Assembly: GCA_030141605.1 (NCBI GenBank)
Contig: JAQGDQ010000777.1
Coordinates: 32,763 to 96,762, forward strand
DNA: 64,000 nucleotides
DNA from: Tubiluchus corallicola
Taxonomy: Eukaryota > Animalia > Priapulida
Reading direction: 5' to 3'
Shown here: piece after piece, positions 50,001-62,000 of the stretch
Numbering within the stretch: the first letter of the stretch is position 1
How the letters are laid out: each line of letters begins with the position of its first letter
Translations under genes and position numbers: made by a program
The notes under the pieces: model-generated
Told to the model about the DNA's origin: nothing
Seen by the model: only the letters and a program-made list of their open reading frames with translations
The model's database searches: none

Positions 50001-53000
50001 TATCCGAGGTAATTATTATTTAATCTAAGCTTTGATTTAAAATAAACTACTGTAGTTTTCAATATTTTAGAGCATTCTTTATTCTGAACTATAGTCTACA
50101 CAAGGTTTTCCTTTGAGTTTAATTGCAAGGAAGTAAATTAAAAAAACTGAGCGTGTATTTGAACCAGGTATCTTTGGACTTCAAGTCCATCTTCATGATC
50201 GTTAGACAGCGCAACATGTAATTCAGACCTTTTTTCTAGTTTGTCTTCAAAAATTCTAGTTATTGTGCTTTTGTATCATCTTTAATGGATTGTGTACAAT
50301 GATCTTTAAACGTTTACGCCACCACCACAGTAATAAATTGCCTAATGTGTATCAGTCGACTTGTCTAATACAGGCAGCGTGTAAAATTTAGCCATACCAG
50401 TGTTTGTCATACCAAATGTGCTTGTGGCTTGCAGTAATGGTAGTTGCTGTGAAACACACGTGAAACTTATGTTCGTTGCGCATGAAACTGGTGTTTGTTG
50501 CGTGTGAAACTGGTGTTTGTTGCACATGAAATTAATGTTTGTGTCGCATTAAGCTGGTGTTTGTTGCACGTAAACAGGTGTTTGTAGCGAGTGAAACTGG
50601 CGCGTGAAACTGGTGTTTGTTGCGTGTGAAACTGGTGTTTGTCGCACATGAAACTGGTGTTTGTTGCTCGTGAAACTGGTGTTTGTTGCGTGAAACTGGT
50701 GTTTGTTGCACATGAAATTAATGTTTGTGTCGCATTAAGCTGGTGTTTGTTCCACATGAACTGGTATTTGTTGCGAGTGAAACTGGTGTTTGTTACACGT
50801 GAAACTGATGTTTGTTGCGAGTTAAACTGGTGTTTGTTGCACGTGAAACTGGTGTTCGTTGCGCGTGAAACTGGTGTTCGTTGCGCGTGAAACTGGTGTT
50901 CGTTGCACGTGAAACTGGTGTTTGTTGCGAGTGAAACTGGTGTTTGTAGCTCGTGAAACTGGTGTTCGTTGCACGTGAAACTGGTGTTTGTTGCGAGTGA
51001 AACTGGTGTTTGTTGCTCGTGAAACTGGTGTTTGTTGCACGTGAAAGTTATGCTTGTTGTGCATGAAAATGGTGTTTTTATGCACGTGAAACTGATGCTT
51101 GTTGCATGCAGTGTTGGTGTATTACTAGTGCTTGTTTTTAAGTCTTTGTTTTAAAGCTTAATTACTCAACTTTTGCTAAAAATGTCACGTATTACTGTCT
51201 TCAGAATTCAGCATTGATTGTGTATCGTGCTACACCATTTAACGTAATCACTTATCGGATAGACAGAGATGCTTAAATCCATCAACTGTGTGCTATTTCT
51301 TCATTGATTTTTTTTATTCACAGAGATCGTTTCGGCTCTAAAGTCATTATTTACTCATGTGAGGCTGGACGGTTCTGAGAGCATGAAGTACGTGGAAATG
51401 TTCCTCTCTTTGTTGGATGATGCCAACGAGCAAATTCAGGAGATGTTCAGGTTCCGGAGTATTTTCTATACTTGCTAAACAATTTTAGTACAGTGTTCCC
51501 TCGCTACTTCTTAGTTCGTTAATCGCCGACTCGCTGTTTTGCGGGTTTTCAAAAATATTAATGTAAAATATTTATCGCTGTATTTTCGCTGTTTTGTGGG
51601 TTTTTGCAGTACTCCGTCTAAACTATTTTTGCACAGGCGTAGTACGTATTGTACAGTAACGTATAGATTTGATGAATTTTGCATAAAAAATCATAAACTG
51701 TATAAAAATATTAATTCTAACATTAAAAGAATATTATAAATCATAAAAAATTACCATTTACAGTAAATAGTGTATTTATTCAGCAGATGAATACACACCA
51801 AAAACTAAATGTAGTTCTTGCGCCCGCTTGAGATGCTACTCAATGGTGAGAGCACATATCAAAGTTTTAAAATTAAGTATCTAGGTTTAAGAGTTTAAAA
51901 CATTTTTATGAACATTTAAGTAAAGTTTTTTAAAAGGTACATGTACAGTATGGGAGAAGTTATTAAGGAAATGGGAAAGGGTTATGTATAAGAGTGTGGG
52001 GAGGGTTTATAAAGACTTAAAATGTGTAACTACTAAAATAGGTATACCGTCTCTACTTCGCGGAAATTCACTTATCGCGGGTGGGCCTGGAGCGGAACAT
52101 CCACGATAAGTGAGGGAACACTGTACCTGCTAAATGCCTCCTTATAAGTTATACAGTCAATTATTGAGAACACCAGGGCTTATAATTTTAAATTGCATTT
52201 TCACCATGTTCCTCAATTAACACAACGTCTAATAATCATGTTAGCGTTTTTAAGTGACTTTTAAACAATTGACTTCAATGTAAGTGTTTCTTTGGTGAAA
52301 CAGTGGTGCACTATGGGATGGCGAAGAAGTGGCGCAAACGTTTAAATTATTAAGCGCAAGAAAACCCTTCATAAACATAAAGCTTGAAAAATTCGTTTTG
52401 AAATTTTATATCACTTACATACTGCCCTTTTGCATGCAGGACTTCAATAGGCAGTCACGCTGTATAAAACGTGTAAATTTAAACTCCCGCGATGACCGTT
52501 AGACGCAGCCATCTTGACGACAGGTCATTTGAAACAAGTTTAGATAACATTGTGTGAAATTTGAAAAAATAATCAGAGCATGCATAGCACACGTGTTACT
52601 AACTGAGTAAAATTTTAAATTGCTGTATCTTGTCAATAAGATTAAAAATACGTTTTTTGGTTAGTGAGTGGTGCTTCCTAGAGGGTGATTCAGCCACGTT
52701 TTACTAATTGGTGAAAACATTTAAAATAATTAATAATTTTTTTTCTAGTTACATAAGTCTTTCTAGCAGGTAAACGAAATGCTACGTAATATAACTTTGC
52801 ATGGAAAGTTTTTTAAGATATACCTTGAGATTCCCTTTTCTTCCAATATAAAAAAGATTAGATAGAAATGGATTATTTTACATTTCGTGTTATTCTTCAA
52901 GCACGGTGGCTGCTTAGTTGTGCACACAAAGAGCTCGGCCAACTAACCGTCGTCCACCGTCTTTGTTATTTCAGCAAAGTTGTTCCGTACCTGCTTCGTT

Positions 53001-56000
53001 GCGGGACTGCGTCAAAAGATGGCAGCACCGAGATTCGCGTGGCTATCGTCAGCAAACTGAAATCGGCCTACGTGACCGGCAGGGCGTCTAGAAACACTCG
53101 ACTACAGGAGAACGTTTTGCTGTCGTACGGCCAGTTGGGAAGGTGGGTTATCACTAAATTATTTAATTCATTATTTATGCAGGGATGAGAATTTTGCGCG
53201 GATACGCAGAATTCCGAGTTTTTGGAAGACCAGTAGTGCCATTTTTGTAAATCGCGTAAATTCGTTGAGAAAATTTTTACGGGCCCAGTACATTATTTCG
53301 CAAGCTGACCGCTAGCTGGCAGGCCGTCACTTTGTTTACATCACGTACATCAGTGTAACCACTTGTATATCTCTATGTATAAAAATGTAGATTCAATTGT
53401 GCGGAGTTATTTGAGTCTATTGCAGACAGTTTTTATATACTTTTGCATAGGAGTGGTCCGTACTTAGGCGTTTTTGAGACAATTAGGTATCATGTATCCT
53501 TGATAGTTGGGTATTTTAAATTATGCATGAAACAAGGTAATTGATATTGAAATTTGTTGCTGTGTCCAAAAGGGCTTCGCCTTTGGCCAAGAGGGCCTAC
53601 GCGGCTCCCAAACCCCCAGCCTGTTTCAGAGTTTTTTGCAATTTGTCATTCTCATCCCTGCATTCAATCACTTTGCACAGCGCTTTGCTCTTTAAGCCCC
53701 TGCTGCTTTTTGCACGTGGAAACAAGGACATCACCAACTGCAGCTCAAGCACTAGGTGACTAGGTATTTTGCACAAATATGTGCAGCGCACGGCGAAAGA
53801 TTTTTAATGTTTCTATCATCATGAAAATATCATAAACCAACTCCTCCGCGAATAAATGAAACAATCGACCTTGCACGAATTTTTGTAACTCTTAGTGGTA
53901 ATAATCAGATTTGTGCGATTTTTTTTATTTTTTTTAATTCACTCACGTAAATTAGTATTCTTAAATAATTGCACCTACCAATTTTGTCATTAATTCGTTT
54001 TTGAAATTTGTTTAAAGCCTTATAGTGCATACTAGTTAGTTAAGACTTAGGAACCACCCTGTACGTACGTACACATAATTTATTTTATGCTGCATACTAG
54101 TTAGTTTAAACTTAGGAACCACCCTGTACGTACGTAAACATAATATATTTTATAGTGCATACTAGTTGGTTAAGACTTAGGAACCACCCTGTACATACAT
54201 GTAATTTATTTTGTACTGCATATCAGTTAATTAAGTCTTAGGAACCACCCTGTACTTACGTACATTTAATTCATTTGATAATGCATATAAGTTAATTAAG
54301 ACTTAGGAACCACCCTGTACGTATGTACACGTAATTTATTTTCTAAAGTGCATACTAGTTGGTCAATACTTAGGAACCACCCTGTACGTACGTAAATGTA
54401 ATTTATTTTAAAGTGCATACTAGTTGGTCAATTCTTAGCAACCACCCTGTACACGTAATTTAGTGATTTTCGTCAACATCAGTATTTATTTGTGGCTGTT
54501 TTTGACAAATGAAATCTGCGCCTTATTTTTTTTGGAAAAACAGAATTGCAGACACTGAAGTCCTGCGTGTGGTCACCGTCAGTTTGTTGGACGCCATATT
54601 GCCCGGAGAACCATCAGTGACCGAAATTGCTCAGCTGCAACTGCGAGATGTCGCCGCCGGTCAAAAGCTTTCGCCGACGGATCTGTTCAACAAGTTTCGC
54701 GTGGATATCTGCTTGGTAGGTTTTCGCTTATTTCCTTTAAAGTTTTGACTATGCAAATTGTTGAAATTTTGGTGAAACTTGGGGAAACACGTGGGCCTGG
54801 GGGGGGGGTTAATTTGCCGGCTGAATTGGCGAATGAACTTATTAGCAGTTAGGTTAGGTTCAAACTTGGTTCCGGGATGGGTGGATAGCAATTATGTGCG
54901 GATATGCGGACTGCGTATCAAATAGTACTAACACAATGCATATTGTACTATTAAATAGCAGTAATAGTAGTGGTAGTAGTAGCAATAGCAACGGCGGCGG
55001 CGGCAGCAGCAGTAACAGCAGCAGCGGTAGTAGTAATAGCCCAAATAAAACTTATTTTTGCATGTTGCAGTTTCTCGGGAACTTTCTGTATGCCAGAGTT
55101 TCGCAGAAGTCCTCTGAGGAACCGCTAGGTGTCCTGCAGAAAGTTGTCGCCATGTTCGAATTTGCCGACGTTCAGTCTTTCCTCACTGCAAATCTTCAGT
55201 ATCTGTTGCCAGTTCTGGTCAGCAAGGCATCGCCCGTGGCCACGGTCATACTCAGACTCATCAGCAAACAGCTTGATATGGTAACAAATAGTTTCATGGT
55301 AACAAATAGTTTCAAATAGTTTCATTGTAACAAATAGTTTCAAATAGTTTCATGGTAACAAATAGTTTCATGGTAACAAATAGTTTCATGGCAACAAATA
55401 GTTTCAGTGGGAGGGAGAGAGAGAAAGAGAGAGAAAGAGAGAGAGGGAGAGAGAGAGAGAGAGAGAAATAGAGAAAGAGAGAGAGAGAGGAGGGAAGAGA
55501 AAGAGAAGAGAGAAGAAGAGAGGGAAAAGAGAGAGAGTAAGAGACGTCAAGTAATATGTACATTTGCTAAGTATAGAAGTTTATACACCTGGACATTTTC
55601 GTCACACTTTACAGGCTAAAAAGCAAATGTTGGCTGTGAACTTTGCTTACATTTTCTCCTATCTGGTACGAGTGCGATCGGACGTCAACTTGAAGGACGT
55701 GCTGGTCTACGTTCAGAAAGAGACGGAACTGGATCTGGGAAAATTGATGAGGCTGCATTATCAGGACATGCTTAATGAGGTGCTGCTCTACCTGTCTACA
55801 CATTACAAGCAGGTATGCTGTATCTGTCTACGCTTTAATAACAGGTATGTTCTACCTGTCTACACATTGTAAACACATATGCTCTACCTGTCTACGCATT
55901 ATAAGCAGGTATGCTCTACCTGTCTACGCATTATAAGCAGGTATGCTCTACCTGTCTACGCATTATAAGCAGGTATGTTCTACCTGTCTGCACATTGTAA

Positions 56001-59000
56001 ACACATATGTTCTACCCGTCTATACATTATAAGCAGGTATGTTTTGCTTGTCTACACATTATGAGCAGGTATTCTCTACCCGTCTACACATTATAAGCAG
56101 GTATACTTTATCTGTCTACACATTATAAACAGGTATGCTTTAACTGTTTACACACTATAAGGAGGTATGCTCTACCCGTCTACACATTATAAGCAAGCAT
56201 GCTTTACCTGTCTACACTTTATAAACAGGTATGTTCTACCTGTCTACACATTATAAACACGTATGTTTTACTTGTCTTCATATTATAAGCAGGTATGTTC
56301 TACCTGTCTACACATTATAAGCAGGTATTCTCTACCTGTCTACACATTATAAACAGGTATACTTTATCTGTCTACACATTATAAACAGGTATGCTTTAAC
56401 TGTTTACACACTATAAGGAGGTATGCTCTACCCGTCTACACATTATAAGCAAGCATGCTTTACCTGTCTACACTTTATAAACAGGTATGTTCTACCTGTC
56501 TACACATTATAAACACGTATGTTTTACTTGTCTTCATATTATAAGCAGGTATGTTCTACCTGTCTACACATTATGAGCAGGTATTCTCTACCCGTCTACA
56601 CATTATAAGCAGGTATACTTTATCTGTCTACACATTATAAACAGGTATGCTTTAACTGTTTACACACTATAAGGAGGTATGCTCTACCCGTCTACACATT
56701 ATAAGCAAGCATGCTTTACCTGTCTACACTTTATAAACAGGTATGTTCTACCTGTCTACACATTATAAACACGTATGTTTTACTTGTCTTCATATTATAA
56801 GCAGGTATGTTCTACCTGTCTACACATTATGAGCAGGTATTCTCTACCTGTCTACACATTATAAACACGTATGTTTTACTTCTCTTCATATTATAAGCAG
56901 GTATGTTCTACCTGTCTACACATTATAAGCAGGTATTCTCTACCTGTCTACACATTATAAACACGTATGTTTTACTTCTCTTCACATTATAAGCAGGTAT
57001 TCTCTACCTGTCTACACATTATAAACACGTATGTTTTACTTGTCTACACATTATAAGCAGGTATGTTCTACCTGTCTACACATTATAAGCAGGTATCCTC
57101 TACCCATCTACACATTATAAGCAGGTATACTTTACCTGTCTACACATTATAAGCAGGTATACTTTACCTGTCTACACATTATAAGCAGGTATACTTTACC
57201 TGTCTACACATTATAAGCAGGTATTCTCTACCTGTCTACACATTATAAACACGTATGTTTTACTTGTCTTCATATTATAAGCAGGCATGTTCTACCTGTC
57301 TACACATTATAAGCAGGTATTCTCTACCTGTCTACACATTATAAGCAGGTATTCTCTACCTGTCTACACATTATAAACACGTATTTTTTACTTCTCTTCA
57401 TATTATAAGCAGGTATGTTCTACCTGTCTTCACATTATAAGCAGGTATTCTCTACCTGTCTACACATTATAAACACGTATGTTTTACTTGTCTACACATT
57501 ATAAGCAGGTATGTTCTACCTGTCTACACATTATAAGCAGGTATCCTTTACCCATCTACACATTATAAGCAGGTATACTTTACCTGTCTACACATTATAA
57601 GCAGGTATACTTTAACTGTTTACATGCGTAAATTTGTTGAGAAAAATTTTCGGGGTTGAACCTTGTTTTCGTCGAAATTGCAACCGAAACTTTCAGTAGC
57701 ATTTTTCAGTAGGTATTTATCCAGCTTACCTTTTATCTCCTAGATGTTAAAAATTGCTGAAAAATTTTGTTTATAATAGTTCAAATATAGCGTAAATATC
57801 GTTTATTTGATAATCTGTACGATTTGTAGCATGCCTTTTATGGTAATGCGGCATATCTTCATTGCTGACAAGTGTGAAGCTTTGAGGCCTCCAGACACGT
57901 AATTTGAATAAAACCAAGTTTAATTTTAGAATTTATGAAATATAGGCAACAAAATATATGCAAAATAAAATTTTTGAAGCTTCATGGTCATATGTATCAT
58001 GTATCCTTGATAGTTGGGTATTTTAAATTATGCATGAAACAAGGTAACTGATATTTTAAGACCACTTAGAGGCTCTCTATGGTCACAAAATTGCAATGTG
58101 TTGCTGCCCTCAAACCTCCAGCCTGTTTCAGAGTTTTTTGCAGTTTGTCATTCTCATCCCTGATTTCTTGATGTCATCCGCTTCTTTCTTTTCCCTACTG
58201 TCTAGGTGTTCAATGGTTTAGTGATGTTGGCCGAAAAGGACAAAACACCGCAGCAAATAATCAGCGAGGAAGAGATGGCGGAATTCTTGCAGCCGAGACT
58301 TTTGGGATTTCTCGCGTTTTTTGACGCTCATCTCCTCAACTCCATGCGCTCCATAGATGAGAAGAAATTGGCAAGTTCATTACAGAGTTGTAAAATGATA
58401 CGAATGATATTATTAATGATACAAATTTATTGAAAAATGATACTGTATTGTTTACATGCGAATCATCCATCCAGGGATGAGATTTTTCCTCGGATACGCG
58501 GAATTCCGAGTTTTTGGAAGACCAGTAGTGCCATTTTTGTAAATCAGGTAGATTCGTTGAGAAAATTTTTACTTACCCAGTACATTTTTTCACAAGCTGA
58601 CCGGTAGTTGGCAGGCCGTCACTTTGTTTACATCACGTACATCACTGTAACCACGTGTATATCTCCATGTATAAAAATATAGAATCAATTGTGCGGAGTT
58701 ATTTGAGTCAATTGCAGACAGTTTTTATATACTTTTGCATAGGAGCGGCCAGTACTTAGGTGTTTTTCAGACAATAAGGTATCACGTATCCTTGATAGTT
58801 GGGTATTTTAAATTATGCATGAAACAAGGTAACTGATATTTTAAGTCCACTTAGAGGCTCTCTATGGTCACAAAATTGAAGTTTGTTGTTGGCTTCAAGG
58901 GGGCTTCGTGACCCCTAAACCCCCATGGGGCCCTACACAAAGCACCCAAACCCCCGGCCTGTTTCAGAGTTTTTTGCAATTTGTCATTCTCATCCCTGCA

Positions 59001-62000
59001 TCCATCCTGTGAATTATTGGTTGCCATTGTCTCTGACAGTAAGCTCGCAAGTGTGAACTGCTTTGCGAGTTACTGTGGGCAAGTTATTGCCAACTGTGCG
59101 AAGGTTGCTGCGAGTTGTTTTTCTGCGAGTTACTGTCTAGTGTGAACGCCTGAGTTACTCTCCACACTTTTCACAGGGATTTGAAAATTGAGTTTCAGCT
59201 GGAGAGTAACTTACAGTAAGTTTTGCTTTTTCTGAACACGCATGAGAGTTACACTCATATCTCGGTTTGCCGGGCAAAAGCGGGTAGACATATTTTACGA
59301 TACTAAACTATCATAGTAGGCGCCGCTCTAATAATGTAGAATCAATCGCTTGATGATGATGACGACGACGACGATAATAGTAATAGTAATAATAAAAATA
59401 ATTAGATATGAGTTACGTGTTGAGAAAACTCGCTTATGTGCACTTGCCTTAACATTTAGTTATGTTGTATCTGTTTTCTTTGAATTAAGACTTACAATGA
59501 TCATCAGGGCCGTACAGCCTGGATTTGAACTAGAAATTTTTGCAATCATAAGGTTCTCGGTTCAAATCCAAGAATTTTTTGCACTTTCTTTATTTGTTCA
59601 AGTTTGATTTTCGAAATTATAACATAGCGGGTTCATTCAGTCATTATTTAACATTTTCGAAATTCACATTAAACAGTTTATTAATTAAACAATATCGATT
59701 TAAATAATTAATTACTTGGTTATTTTAGTATGAATTGATATACTGCTGTTTGTTTTCTAGGCTTTGGACAGCTTGGAAGCTTGGATGCGATTGATGGGGC
59801 CCAAACACATCACCCCTATTCGCATGAAAGTCATGGCCACGCTCAGGCATTCCATGAAGTACAAGGAACCAGGCTTCACTTTGTCTTCCTGTAAAGCCTG
59901 GTGTACCTTCGTGCACAGGTAAGTTAAGCACTGTTCACATGCAGTTTATTGTGCTGCAGCGTCGACTGTGGCTGAGCAGTCCGTTCCTTGAACGTCTCCA
60001 AGGCGCACGCCTGGGCAAGGTGTATGGAGATCCTGAGTTGCCCAGACAACAGGAACCCCCTCTCTTCCTCCCTGGTGTAGTCCAAAGGAAAGTGGAGCGA
60101 TAAGTTTGGCACCAGGTTGGCTGCAGGAGTCAGTGAGCATGCTGGACTGGTCCGCGTTCGGGGCTCCACTCCTGATTTGAAATGTTTACTCCTCTACACA
60201 TGGCCGTTGGGTCCCTTGACCTCCTTCGCCCTCTAGCTTGTGCAGCTCCGATTCTACAAAAAGCCAAATAGGTAATGAATAAGCAGACCAGTAGAAAAGA
60301 AATTGATACTGTAAATTATGCACTAATTATGTATTTACAAAAAGCCAAATAGGTAATGAATAAGCAGACCAGTAGAAAAGAAATTGATGCAGTAAATTAT
60401 GCACTAATTATGTATTTACAAAAAGCCAAATAGGTAATGAATAAGCAGACCAGTAGAAAAGAAATTAATACTGTAAATTATGCACTAATTATGTATTTAC
60501 AAAAGCCAAATAGGTAATGAATAAGCAGACCAGTAGAAAAGAAATTAATACTGTAAATTATGCACTAATTATGTATTTACAAAAGCCAAATAGGTAATGA
60601 ATAAGCAGACCAGTAGAAAAGAAATTGATACAGTAAATTATGCACTAATTATGTATTTACAAAAGCCAAATAGGTAATGAATAAGCAGACCAGTAGAAAA
60701 GAAATTGATACAGTAAATTATGCACTAATTATGTATTTACAAAAGCCAAATAGGTAATGAATAAGCAGACCAGTAGAAAAGAAATTGATACAGTAAATTA
60801 TGCACTAATTATGTATTTACAAAAAGCCAAATAGGTAATGAATAAGCAGACCAGTAGAAAAGAAATTGATACAGTAAATTATGCACTAATTATGTATTTA
60901 CAAAAAGCCAAATAGGTAATGAATAAGCAGACCAGTAGAAAAGAAATTAATACTGTAAATTATGCACTAATTATGTATTTACAAAAGCCAAATAGGTAAT
61001 GAATAAGCAGACCAGTAGAAAAGAAATTGATACAGTAAATTATGCACTAATTATGTATTTACAAAAAGCCAAATAGGTAATGAATAAGCAGACCAGTAGA
61101 AAAGAAATTAATACTGTAAATTATGCACTAATTATGTATTTACAAAAGCCAAATAGGTAATGAATAAGCAGACCAGTAGAAAAGAAATTGATACAGTAAA
61201 TTATGCACTAATTATGTATTTACAAAAAGCCAAATAGGTAATGAATAAGCAGACCAGTAGAAAAGAAATTGATACAGTAAATTATGCACTAATTATGTAT
61301 TTACAAAAAGCCAAATAGGTAATGAATAAGCAGACCAGTAGAAAAGAAATTGATACAGTAAATTATGCACTAATTATGTATTTAACAAAAGCCAAATAGG
61401 TAATGAATAAGCAGACCAGTAGAAAAGAAATTGATACAGTAAATTATGCACTAATTATGTATTTACAAAAAGCCAAATAGGTAATGAATAAGCAGACCAG
61501 TAGAAAAGAAATTGATACAGTAAATTATGCACTAATTATGTATTTAACAGAAGCCAAATAGGTAATGAATAAGCAGACCAGTAGAAAAGAAATTGATACA
61601 GTAAATTATGCACTAATTATGTATTTAACAGAAGCCAAATAGGTAATGAATAAGCAGACCAGTAGAAAAGAAATTGATACAGTAAATTATGCACTAATTA
61701 TGTATTTACAAAAGCCAAATAGGTAATGAATAAGCAGACCAGTAGAAAAGAAATTGATACAGTAAATTATGCACTAATTATGTATTTACAAAAGCCAAAT
61801 AGGTAATGAATAAGCAGACCAGTAGAAAAGAAATTGATACAGTAAATTATGCACTAATTATGTATTTACAAAAAGCCAAATAGGTAATGAATAAGCAGAC
61901 CTGTAGAAAAGAAATTGATACAGTAAATTATGCACTAATTATGTATTTACAAAAAGCCAAATAGGTAATGAATAAGCAGACCAGTAGAAAAGAAATTGAT

